DNA of 63,341 bases, the filler included, from Octopus bimaculoides (Eukaryota), in assembly GCF_001194135.2 (NCBI RefSeq). It is 7 parts of 7 records of this genome, joined end to end, with 100 filler letters (N's around TTAATTAATTAA, not from the genome) between each part and the next. Parts side by side here need not be neighbours in the genome. Positions count along the whole stretch, not along the records: positions 34,652 to 47,785 come from NC_069010.1; 6 more parts are not named here. The stretch is one strand, 5' to 3'. The notes below the pieces were generated by a model. It saw nothing but the letters and a program-made list of their open reading frames with translations. It ran no database searches and had not been told where the DNA came from. Shown here piece after piece: positions 34,652 to 46,448 of the stretch; position 1 is the stretch's first letter, and each line of letters opens with the position of its first letter. Position numbers and translations under genes: made by a program.

Positions 34652-37441
34652 ATCATACCATGAGTTGGCCTTCCCTATTTTCTTCTTAATATTTTCAATG
34701 GGGTTCCATGATTTGCTCCTATAGATTGGGCAAATCCCATTCCTATCGTTACGTTTGAGGGTTTCAAATTTCTTCATAGCTCCTTTGTATACCCTGATCC
34801 TTTCTTTATGGCTGTAACCTGAGAACTGCATGCGGTGAACGAAATGTTGTATATCTCTCTTTAACTCTGTAGGGTTGCACATGCAGGACACATTTCGCAT
34901 TACTCTGACGAGGTCTGCCATCAATATATTGAATTTGGCATTGTCCGCAATAGCCGATTTCCGGTGGATCAGGTACTTGGAGGCCATAGGTTTTGTATAG
35001 TGAGAATGGAGGATTCGGGTTTTATTATTCTCAGTTTCTAGCCAGAGTTCGGTATCTAGTACAGGTAATCTATGGTTAGGGTGTTTAGTAGGGTAGTCTA
35101 TCGTAACCTTAATACTCTGGTGGATGGAGTTAGCTATTTGCTGGATACTCTCCATAGTTTCAATTTCTATTTCTATTTCAAGAGTACTCTCTTGTGGGGG
35201 TGTCTTTACCACTAAGTTGATATCATCGACATATCGAGAGTACATATTCACGAGTATGGAGTTCTGTGTCAGGCGTTCCTTAAGCCTTCTGTTCCACCAT
35301 ACCATGAAGAGATTGGCCACATCACCGGCGATACTAACACCGATGGCTGCCCCCTCGTCCTGGGCGTATAATTTGTTGTTAAACTTAAATGTGTGGCCTT
35401 TTAGGATAACTCTTATACTAGCTCCTAGTGCATGTGCGATCATTTTCTTTACCTGATAAACATTAACGGGGGTCCGTATGGCTCTGGTCCATCCACTCCA
35501 TCTCTCTATAGGGGTCTTCCAGCCATAGAGGTAATTGTGGGTGGTCTACCTCTTAAACGTCTACTAGGGCAGAAACCTCTAAAGTCGTGTTTATCTAGAT
35601 ATACATCGTCATATGTCAATCTAAGTAGGAGGCCCAGTTCTGTGTTGACATTGCGGAACTCTACTTCACTCTCGTTGATCATCTCCACGCATTTTTCCAC
35701 CGCAAAATCCACGTCGATAGATGGGTATAGTGATACCACATCCATGCTACCCACTATACACCCTGTCAGGCTGCAGGTGTTGTTACAGTCGTTGATCCTG
35801 CTGAGGAGATCTTCCGTGCTGTCACAAACATCAGCTGACATCCGGATTATGGGGCATATGATCATTGAGAGGAAGTAGGAAATCCTGTAGTTGCTAGCGA
35901 CATTCGCTCCACAGACTGGTCTTGTTGGTGGTCCCACTACAGGATTAGTAGTTACTCTGTGGTCCTTACGAAGCCCATACAGCGTCGGGATATCGTTCTT
36001 CCAGGCTTGGAAATTGTTGGCTGTGCGCTTCTGTGGTCCAAGAACAATTGTCCACATCATCATGTCGGCGTTAAGGACCTTTTCTCTCTCCTCATGCGCC
36101 TGTAAAGTTGTTACCTTCATATTGGCGATGTGAGGTTGCATTGCCTGGATATAATTCGGTAAGCTGTCTATTGACATCCTGCTGGACTTATCTGTGGGAA
36201 GGCATATCACTTCTCCGTCCCTCGTGCGCTGCATGAGCTTGTGTAGGCCNNNNNNNNNNNNNNNNNNNNNNNNNNNNNNNNNNNNNNNNNNNNNNNNNNN
36301 NNNNNNNNNNNNNNNNNNNNNNNNNNNNNNNNNNNNNNNNNNNNNNNNNNNNNNNNNNNNNNNNNNNNNNNNNNNNNNNNNNNNNNNNNNNNNNNNNNNN
36401 NNNNNNNNNNNNNNNNNNNNNNNNNNNNNNNNNNNNNNNNNNNNNNNNNNNNNNNNNNNNNNNNNNNNNNNNNNNNNNNNNNNNNNNNNNNNNNNNNNNN
36501 NNNNNNNNNNNNNNNNNNNNNNNNNNNNNNNNNNNNNNNNNNNNNNNNNNNNNNNNNNNNNNNNNNNNNNNNNNNNNNNNNNNNNNNNNNNNNNNNNNNN
36601 NNNNNNNNNNNNNNNNNNNNNNNNNNNNNNNNNNNNNNNNNNNNNNNNNNNNNNNNNNNNNNNNNNNNNNNNNNNNNNNNNNNNNNNNNNNNNNNNNNNN
36701 NNNNNNNNNNNNNNNNNNNNNNNNNNNNNNNNNNNNNNNNNNNNNNNNNNNNNNNNNNNNNNNNNNNNNNNNNNNNNNNNNNNNNNNNNNNNNNNNNTTA
36801 TCTTCTTCATAACTACTACTACTATTACTGTCGTTACTGCTACCACCATTCACCCCGCTATTACTACCACTACTATTGTCCCTATTATTACCACCACCAC
36901 CATCATCACTATTATTACTATCACCACCACCATCACCAACACTGTCCCTATTACCACCACCACCACCACCATCACCACTATCACTATTGTTACCACCACA
37001 CCTAATGTTTTCTGTTCTAAGTCTACTGACTCCCTGTCCAAGTATTCTGTTACATTCAACTTTATTCTCCCTCTTGACCCCCATGACCTTACTTTTATCC
37101 CTGTTCTTGTGCCTATGGTTATCTGTGTCTGTGTGTCCGTTCCCCCTGTTATTGTTGTTGTTGTATTTGATCTTTTCTCTGTTATTGTTTTTGTATCTAT
37201 TGCTTGTCCTCATGTGTTCATTTTTGCTGTTGGTGTTCGTGGGGTTGCAGTTGTTTTTGTTGCTACGGCTGTTGTTGTTGCTGCAGTCACTATTGTTTCT
37301 GTTGTTGCTACTGTGGTTATTGCTGGTATTGTTGTTGTTGTGATTGTCGTCATCCATGTTGTTGTTGCTGCAGTTATTGTTGTTCGTATTGTTGTTGTTG
37401 TCACTCGTGTTGTTGCTGTTGTTGTTGTCGTTGTTGTTGTA
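34652..37441 (-). mobile_element. Penelope-like element (PLE1), RT-bearing copy
   Basis: PTDKS, PTLYGLRKDH…RPVCGA, MDVVSLYPSI, QDEGAAIGVSIAG, RYVDD, LPVLDTELW, HYTKPMAS; one frameshift near 35510; low-complexity N-terminal segment; 3' end lost in the gap. Confidence 0.92.
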
Positions 37442-38950
37442 CAGCAAAGAGCTAACTCCATCCACCAGAGTATTAAAGTTACGATAGACTACCCTACTAA
37501 ACACCCCCATACCATAGATTACCTGTACTAGATACCGAACTCTGGCTAGAAACTGAGAATAATAAAACCCGAATCCTCCATTCACACTATACAAAACCTA
37601 TGGCCTCCACATACCTGATCCACCGGAACTCGGCTATTGCGGACAATGCCAAATTCAATATATTGATGGCAGACCTCGTCAAAGTAATGCGAAATGTGTC
37701 CTGCATGTGCAACCCTACAGAGTTAAAGAGACATATACAACATTTCGTCCACCGCATGCAGTTCTCAGGTTACAGCCATAAAGAAAGGATCAGGGTATAC
37801 AAAGGAGCCATGAAGAAGTTTGAAACAATCAAACGTAACGATAGGAATGGGATTTGCCCACTCTATAGGAGCAAATCATGGAACACCACTGAAAGGATTA
37901 AGAAGAAAATAAGGAAGGCCAACTCATGGCATGATAGCCACAAATACCAGAGCGTCATGTTCGTCGACACCACCCTTAGAGGCGAACTGGCGTACCGCTT
38001 TAGAAGGGCCCTAGACAAACTTAAGCTAAGAATTAAGGTTGTTGAAAGGCCAGGCAACCCTATTAAATCCCTTATCAGTAGAACATACCCTTTCAGTAGA
38101 ACCCCCTGCACTGATAGGAACTGTATCGTATGTAGATTTATCCCACAAACAAACTGTAAAACCAGAAATGTGGTCTAGAGTATAAAATGTACAGAGGGAT
38201 GATGCAGTAACAAGACAACGACGTATGTAGGGGAAACAGCACGGAACATAGGGGAATAGGCAAAAGAACATTGGAGGGAACTTAAGGAAGGGAAGAGCTC
38301 ATCAGTTCTGTACTAGCACACTGAGCAGGAACACGGAGGCTCACTCAACAACATAGAAATTAAAATCTTGTCCACGCATAGAATAGACGCAGCACTTAGA
38401 CAAATTACAGAAGCTACACACATAATAGAAGATAATCCTAGCCTGAATAGGAAAGCGGAATGGAACACTAACACACACACACCCAACAAACCACAACATA
38501 TGACAATAAATTCCCCATAAACCGATAACAATATGAACAAAATATAATACAATACATAGATAAACAAATGGAATTAAATACTACATACGTTAACAAAATT
38601 AAATTAAATTAAAAAAACAAGACAAAAAACAACAAAAAAGAAGTAGGTATAAACACATAAACAAATAAATAAATAAAAACAAAAATAAACGATCATGTAT
38701 TAACAGAGGATATAGATAATACAGGCACTCTCCATACACACACATGCACTAACAAAACATAGACACACAATGAGGGATACGCATGCGTAGACACATACAA
38801 TAGGAATACAAAATACAAAATGGCTGATTGTTAGTAAGGAGGGACACACATAAGAAAGAAGAAAGCAAAGGACCACTGATGAGGTCACAGTATTGTGACG
38901 AAAGAACTCTAGCCGAAATAGGTTTAATGTAATGTAATGTAATATAAACG
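37442..38950 (+). mobile_element. PLE1 inverted 5'-truncated copy with thumb, Cys linker, GIY-YIG endonuclease and 3' UTR
   Basis: Highly similar inverted copy of 34652-35143. PCTDRNCIVC…NCKTRNVV*SIKC…YVGETAR…EH…LRQITEA…LNRKAEW, with in-frame stops. Confidence 0.92.
38871..38914 (+). ncRNA. Partly decayed minimal hammerhead in the PLE1 pseudo-LTR
   Basis: gacca-CTGATGA-g gtcac agtatt gtgac-GAAA-gaaCTC-tagcc; stem II intact, stem I has 2 mismatches. Confidence 0.65.
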
Positions 38951-40299
38951 ATCGTAAGATATTTAACTCATTAAATTTTAGGTTCTTTTATATTTTATAT
39001 TTTAGACTTTACAATATTCATGCTTAATTACGCATAAATTTTTATACGCATATATATTCACACATATATTTATCTATATTCAGATTTTTATATATATTGA
39101 TATTTATATTTCGTATATTTATATTTTGAATTTTAAATTTATTATGTTGCCGTGTCATGTTGGATGTATGTCTTTCAAAATATTAAATATNNNNNNNNNN
39201 NNNNNNNNNNNNNNNNNNNNNNNNNNNNNNNNNNNNNNNNNNNNNNNNNNNNNNNNNNNNNNNNNNNNNNNNNNNNNNNNNNNNNNNNNNNNNNNNNNNN
39301 NNNNNNNNNNNNNNNNNNNNNNNNNNNNNNNNNNNNNNNNNNNNNNNNNNNNNNNNNNNNNNNNNNNNNNNNNNNNNNNNNNNNNNNNNNNNNNNNNNNN
39401 NNNNNNNNNNNNNNNNNNNNNNNNNNNNNNNNNATATATATATATATATATATAAAGTAAGTAGCAGATTGTCAGGTATTAATGCATTGCAACCGGTTCA
39501 GGCAGCTCCATTTAATCGAACAATGAAGACATTACATTAATTTAAATACAATGCCATCTTCAATTGTGAAAATATGAATTTTCAAACACAAGTCAACGTA
39601 GGATGTTCATTGTATCAGTCTACGTTTCATAGCGTGGATCTTTTAACTGAAAATAATGATAAGAGTTAAAATCAACACTAACCTACCTCTTTTTGTGGGG
39701 ATTTGTCACTATCTAAGGTTTGTTTCTTAATGTGGTAATAGGAACTTATTGCCATATGAAATTAAGAGTTAAGACAACATCTAGTAATAGCTATTTATGA
39801 GCAGCAGCCATTTCCGAACTGTCAACTCATATCACTCTGAATTCTAATTAATCTTAAATGAACGCTGTCTACTAGCTACATTAGACCTTTTTGTTGGCGG
39901 AAAGGAGATACTTATAAATTGGAAATGAAATACAATCACATGATACCCACTGTGATCCATTCCTGCATATCATAAGTTTGTCTTTTTCTTAGCTTATTTC
40001 TGCTAAAATAGGGGCAGCATGGAATTATTTTTTTCTCTAACTCAGATCAAAAATCGTTAATATATCTTGTTTGTTGAAAATTCATATTTGTTCAACTGAC
40101 GATGGCGCTGTATTTAAATTGATGAAATGCTTCCATTGTTCGATTACATGGAGCCTCTTGAAACGATCGCCTTGCATTAGTACCAGACATCCTGTTACTT
40201 ATTTGACTTTTATTCACATTACTATGAGCTGCTTACTGGACTGGCTTCGTACCTTGACGTAAACACCTAATTGAACTGCGTCTTCATTATTTCTGATAC

Positions 40300-41643
40300 A
40301 CCACATCAAAAGTTTCATTAGAGTTGATCTTGACATGCTCAATCCCCTCCCGAAAACAACAAACGAGGAGTCAATCTTGGTTTCTTTTGACGTGGTCAAC
40401 CTTTATACAAATATCCCTCATGAATATGCTATTGAGGCAATTAAATTCTGGCTGCACAAATACCCAGAAACATTTCCTAATCACATCAACACAACCTTCA
40501 TTATAGAATCACTTAAGTTCATTCTGACCAACAATTACTTCCTGTTTGCAGACACATACTTTCGCCAAAAATGTGGTATCGCGATGGGTACTAAAGCTGC
40601 ACCAGTCCTTGCGAACCTCATAATGTTTTTTTTTTAATTATCACTATATGAAATCTCACGCCAGAAATTTGGACACCTTTTCCACATCTATTTAATGGAT
40701 AACTGGAAAAGATACTTGGATNNNNNNNNNNNNNNNNNNNNNNNNNNNNNNNNNNNNNNNNNNNNNNNNNNNNNNNNNNNNNNNNNNNNNNNNNNNNNNN
40801 NNNNNNNNNNNNNNNNNNNNNNNNNNNNNNNNNNNNNNNNNNNNNNNNNNNNNNNNNNNNNNNNNNNNNNNNNNNNNNNNNNNNNNNNNNNNNNNNNNNN
40901 NNNNNNNNNNNNNNNNNNNNNNNNNNNNNNNNNNNNNNNNNNNNNNNNNNNCCTTTTTTAGCTCATGCCACCCAAAACACACCAAGATAAATATCCCCTT
41001 TGATTTAGCTAAAAGAATTTGCACCATTGTCTCTGACCCAACCATTCGAGAAATACGCTTACAAGACCTCAAAAAAACATCGAAGCATACACCACAATCA
41101 AACAAAACCTCCCCTTACTCACCACAGACCCGAAAATGAACAATATCATCAATACAAACAAACTCCTTAAATGCAAAAGGCAACACAAATCTTTGAAAAC
41201 ACTATTAACCAATGCCAAACAACATACACCACTTCCACACCCATTAGTTAAAAAATGTGCAGGCCCTAATTGTGGTACCTGCCCCTACCTACTTGAAGGC
41301 TCTGAATTAACCTTCTAAAATCAAAACCAATTTCTCTTGTTCTTCTGGTAACCTCATTTATGTCCTCACATGCGCAGGTTGCCAAAACTTCTATATCGGA
41401 CAGACGAGCTTCCCGTTGCGTAGAAGAGTAGCAGTCAATAACGAACAAATAAAGGTCCCTCAATACTGCCAAATTCCACTCAGTGGCCATATAGACTCTT
41501 GCGCAAGAAACAAAAACCCTAAATTCCTTATATTCCCTTTCTATCAATGTAAAGACAGAATCTCCACGCAAGAAAGAATCAACAAGGAGAATCTTTTCAT
41601 AGAGAAATTCCAACCATTTCTTAGCACACATACCCCTCAGTGA
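40300..41643 (+). mobile_element. Penelope-like element (PLE2, Neptune-like), degenerate
   Basis: SFDVVNLYTNIP…QKCGIAMGT; SCHPKHTKINIP; CAGPNCGTC linker; NLIYVLTCAGCQNFYIGQT GIY-YIG. Confidence 0.9.
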
Positions 41644-42091
41644 CCTTATTTCTCTAGGAACAGACATAAACTTCCTGTTGAAAAAGAGTTCATAACTCCA
41701 AATAAAAACTTTTGTCTCCACTTACACACACTTCCTGTTTTGACACCACACTTCCTGCTTAACACAAACTTTTAACCCTTTTTTAAACCTAACAAAACTC
41801 TCAATTCTCATGCATCCTTATTTTTCCAACCATTATATACATGAACTACCATTGAACTTCAAAAGCTCAAAGACAATATAATATCTTGGTATATTTATTT
41901 TTTTATATATTATTATATATATATACGCACACAACTACACACACATGTATCCACTTGTATGTTCATATATGCAGTATTAAATGATTGAGATCCCTAAAGT
42001 AAGATAGGGGAGTTAAAAAAATTAATGATTTGAAATAAAAAATAAAAAATTAAAATGGAGATAAAGGAAAGTTAAGTAGGGTTGCTGCGGA

Positions 42092-42400
42092 TTATCTAAG
42101 GATATATGCTGTGTGGTTATTCAGGTTGCATTTAGATTTGTGGTAAAGTTTGAATCTATGAAAAAAGCGGTGGTTGCATTTACTTAGGGCCTCATTGTGG
42201 GTATTTAGTAGTGTCGATGATTTGTGAGTTAATATGTGGAATGCCTCTTTTAGGCATAGTTTACAGGCCAACTGTTGACTTTGGTATGGAAGTCCTGAAT
42301 CTATTATGGACCATGCAAACATGTAGGGAATATTTCTATTTTTGAGATGATGTATATGGGTAGCGGGTGGTGTGAATTTATTGTTTCTCGTATCTAAAAG
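42092..42400 (-). mobile_element. PLE3 GIY-YIG C-terminal fragment
   Basis: HIHHLKNRNIPYMFAWSII…CKLCLKEAFHIL…LLN..NEALSKCNH. Confidence 0.75.
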
Positions 42401-42491
42401 AATTGTGATGAGCAGCATATCGCTGTTTAAAATTTATGGTTGACCTTATATATATATATTGTTGTTAAGTATTCTAGATTCCAATACCTCT

Positions 42492-42535
<44 letters not shown>

Positions 42536-42842
42536 NNNNNNNNNNNNNNNNNNNNNNNNNNNNNNNNNNNNNNNNNNNNNNNNNNNNNNNNNNNNNNNNN
42601 NNNNNNNNNNNNNNNNNNNNNNNNNNNNNNNNNNNNNNNNNNNNNNNNNNNNNNNNNNNNNNNNNNNNNNNNNNNNNNNNNNNNNNNNNNNNNNNNNATG
42701 ACTCTTGCCACCACTGCGTACAAACCACTGATAAACAAAATATTGTTGAAACTAGTTTGATATGAATGTGAATAAATATATGCATAAACAACTGCAAGTT
42801 TTTCAAATTCAGGTACGTTTTCATACTCCAAAACAAATTCTC

Positions 42843-42879
<37 letters not shown>

Positions 42880-43099
42880 TATAATTATCATTATTATTAT
42901 TATATCGCTGACTTCGGATATAGACTTCATTGTAACAGTGATATAACACTACAAAAACTCAATTAGTAACAAATACGTAACAATTTTAAATCTCTTCTCA
43001 AAGACTTCTGCGAAATCCTTCACAAATTCGACTGTACACACCACACTGTACCTCAGACTGTCAGTACACATTACTAATGTATGTTTTACTGATGTTGAT

Positions 43100-43735
43100 A
43101 TTATTTATTTAAGGCACTGCCTGGAATTGAACTTGGAAAATTGGGGTTAGTAACCCGCGCTCTTAACCATTACGCTATATTTCCGTGGCAAATATAGAGT
43201 GAATTTTAGGGCTTATAAACCTAATATTTTTTCTCCTTCCATAATACCTGTTCCCATATTCTGATCATATCTGTACTCGGTCTGCTTAGGAGGTTATTGT
43301 GTCCTAGCATATGTGCTGCCTCATTTAGTTTTCGTATTTTCCAGTGGTGATCTTTGTTTATTACTTCAACTTCATCCCACAGCGGAAGGTAGTCTACGTT
43401 TTTCCATATATGATCAGCTGTAACCGTTTTACAACATTTATGCATGGGATGGAGTACACGCAGTCTTTGGTCATATTCTATTCTATTGGTGTTTTTACTC
43501 GGAGATATTTGTGAAGGCATATATGCTAGGACACAATAACCCCTAAGTAGACCTAGTGCAGATATGAGTAGAATATGGGAACCGGTATTAAAGAAGGATA
43601 CAATAATATTAGGTTTATAAGCCCTAAAATTTAATCTATAATTGCCCACGGGCATACAGCGTAGTCTTCTTTACGAGCGAGGGCTATATAACCCCAAGAT
43701 TCCGATTTCAATACCTGGCAGTGCCTTGAATAAAA
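43100..43735. mobile_element. PLE4 3' end plus tRNA-like tail, as a head-to-head inverted pair
   Basis: Minus: CVYSIPC…ADHIWK…WDEVEVINKDHHWKIRKLNEAAHMLG…LSRPS. Arms 43100-43318 and 43518-43735 are inverted copies. Confidence 0.8.
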
Positions 43736-43756
43736 ATAAATAAATAAATAAATAAT

Positions 43757-44444
43757 AATAAATAAATAAAGTTGTAGTATATTGTCAACTTAATGTGACA
43801 ATCCCAATAAGGGAACACACTACTGCCGTTTAGCCCTAGGAAGCTGGACCACTTCCTGTCGGCCTTGACACAATTACTTTCCCCCTCGCAAACTTAAAGA
43901 CACAGTAATTNNNNNNNNNNNNNNNNNNNNNNNNNNNNNNNNNNNNNNNNNNNNNNNNNNNNNNNNNNNNNNNNNNNNNNNNNNNNNNNNNNNNNNNNNN
44001 NNNNNNNNNNNNNNNNNNNNNNNNNNNNNNNNNNNNNNNNNNNNNNNNNNNNNNNNNNNNNNNNNNNNNNNNNNNNNNNNNNNNNNNNNNNNNNNNNNNN
44101 NNNNNNNNNNNNNNNNNNNNNNNNNNNNNNNNNNNNNNNNNNNNNNNNNNNNNNNNNNNNNNNNNNNNNNNNNNNNNNNNNNNNNNNNNNNNNGCGAAGG
44201 CGAAACAAGCTTCTCTATCCAGCTGGCTAGCTACTTCAGGCTGATGATGAGCAAAGACTCAGAAACATGTCCCTGAATGCTGGCTAGGCTGGGTGGAGGA
44301 GCTTGTCTCCCCCTCGCGAACTTAAGGACACAGTAATTGTGTCAAGGCCGACAGGAAGCGGTCCAGCTTCCTAGGGCTAAACGGCAGTAGTGTGTTCCCT
44401 TATTGGGATTGTCACATTAAGTTGACAATATACTACAACTTTAT
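43757..44444 (+). mobile_element. Non-coding hammerhead-bearing unit with an inverted 5' piece (retrozyme / non-autonomous PLE-like)
   Basis: ~112-bp near-perfect inverted repeat (43757-43868 vs 44333-44444); direct repeat ccccctcgc.aactta..gacacagtaatt at ~43880 and ~44309. Confidence 0.75.
44235..44277 (+). ncRNA. Intact minimal type I hammerhead ribozyme
   Basis: ttcagg-CTGATGA-tgag caaaga ctca-GAAA-catGTC-cctgaa; palindromic stem III acatgt; predicted cleavage after C44271. Confidence 0.9.
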
Positions 44445-45555
44445 CGCTCCACTACTGCTTAAATCTCTCTGAGAGATTTAGAAATATTATATTTCCAATA
44501 AATAAATAATAATAGTAAATAAATGATAATAATAATGATGATGATGAGGATGATGATGATAAAGACAACAACAATAGTATTGATGACGATAATAAAAATG
44601 CTAATATCAGCAAAAAATAACAAAGGAATGAGAACACAGGGTTGGGTTCAAAATTATATTTATATACATAAATATTTAGATAGACAGATAGATAGAAAAG
44701 TATATATCCGTATATATATAAAAGCCGAGATGTGTGTGTGTGTATTTGTGTGTGTACGTGAATATAATTTATGCACGTCCACAAATTAGTACGCATGTCA
44801 CTCGAATTTTAGGAGAACATTCGTCATGACCCTATCTGCATTTTCGTCAACTTTTTCTCTCAGAGGCACCCACGTATAGCTGTAAAAATCGATAAACTTT
44901 TACCAATTTTGAAGTTTGTTGACATGGCGAAGTCAAATCTGTGCGTACGCGCGTGAAGAAGAGAGAGAAAGAAAAAAGAAATAGTGTGTTTGTGACAAGG
45001 GGAGTTACAATGTTTGCTAGCGTCTAACAAAGAAAAAGCCAACAAAAATTTGGAAAGGGAGACAAAGTGCCTAAGGCAAAAAAATTCTCTAACCAAGACA
45101 GAGTTTGTTTGCCAGCGTCTAACAACAGAAATAAAGAACGAAAAAGTGGAAGAGGGAGACAAAGCGTATTACGAAAGAAAATGTAGGTAAGGAAGACAGA
45201 GTAAGTGTAAAATGTAAAATGCATTTTTTTTCTTAAACATGCGATATAGTTTAAACTATAAGATGTTTTTGAAAGGCACTATATTCTATAATGAAATTAT
45301 ATATACTTTCTCACACAATTAAAATATACTTATTTTAAATCATTTATTTATTTTAAATCGTTCATCATTCTTCCCCCTCTCACTCTCACACACACGCACA
45401 TATACTACTTTGGGAGCAAAAGAGTTTTGTTTATATTTCACAACTATGAAACAAAAAGGTATGTAACAATTTGTCAGTCACCCCACCTCAAACTGTTTTT
45501 CGGACCACAAAAAGGGTTTGGTAATTTTTCAGATTAAAACCCGCACGATCTCCAC

Positions 45556-45676
45556 TAGGGTGTTACGGTTAGGGTTTTAGGATTAGGGCAAGGCTTTTAC
45601 GGTTAGGATTAGGGTTAAGGTTAGTGTTAGGGTTAGTGTTAGTGTTAGGATTAGGACTAGGGTTGGTGGTAGGGTC

Positions 45677-45707
<31 letters not shown>

Positions 45708-45712
45708 GGAGT
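45556..45712 (+). repeat. Interstitial degenerate (TTAGGG)n-like tract
   Basis: ttagggttagggtttagggttagggtt plus variants ttagtg and ttagga. Confidence 0.85.
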
Positions 45713-46028
45713 TAACCTAGAAGGGACAGGCCCCTTATTTTTTGGTTAAGGTTGTTGGTAAGTTTTCCTAAGTTACTCCAATCCAGATCCTCAATGCAAA
45801 CCTTCAGATCAACCTTCTTCTATGCAGATCTCTAATACAACATTTAAAAAAACAGTCAATGAGTGGGAATAACCAATAAACTGATTCCGTATAGGATTTC
45901 CCAATCAAATTGCCAGCAAACCATTTTCAGTCAAACCAATTTCAACGGATTTGGGTCAAATCTGATGTCCATGTTACTTATTTTGGTTTGAAATAAAGCA
46001 CTTGATCACTTAATAATCCTAGCTTAAT

Positions 46029-46057
46029 CCCGGGCAGCGCCGGGCTATACTGCTAGT
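46029..46057 (+). mobile_element. Helitron-type 3' terminus
   Basis: Hairpin cccgg gcagcg ccggg followed 8 nt later by CTAG(T). Confidence 0.65.
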
Positions 46058-46084
46058 GTATTTATATATATATATATATATATA

Positions 46085-46448
46085 GGCGCAGGAGTGGCTG
46101 TGGTAAGTACCTTACTTACCAACCACATGGTTCCAGGTTCAGTTCTACTGCGTGGGAGCTTGGACAAGTGTCTTCTATTACAGCCTTAGACCAACCAAAG
46201 CCTTGTGAGTGGATTTGGTAGGCCTAAACTATTAGAAGCCCGTCGTATAATTATATACATGTGTGACATCGCTTGACAACCATGTTGGTGTGTTTACGTC
46301 CCCGTAACTTAGTGGTCCGGGCAAAGTGTCCAATAGAATAGATACTAGGCTTACAAATAATCAAGCCCTGGGGTATATCGGCTCGACTAAAGGAGGTGCT
46401 CCAGCATGGCCGCAGTCAAATGACAAACAAATAAAAGAATAAAAGAAT
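46085..46448 (+). mobile_element. SINE family A
   Basis: Same family as 14377, more diverged. Confidence 0.85.

Noticed and set aside
38191-38206. In-frame TGA beside Cys in the PLE1 GIY-YIG (CTEG-TGA-C), recalling selenocysteine-encoding Naiad PLEs
   Set aside because: Three in-frame TAG stops lie in the same stretch and no SECIS was recognised; simple decay is the better explanation.
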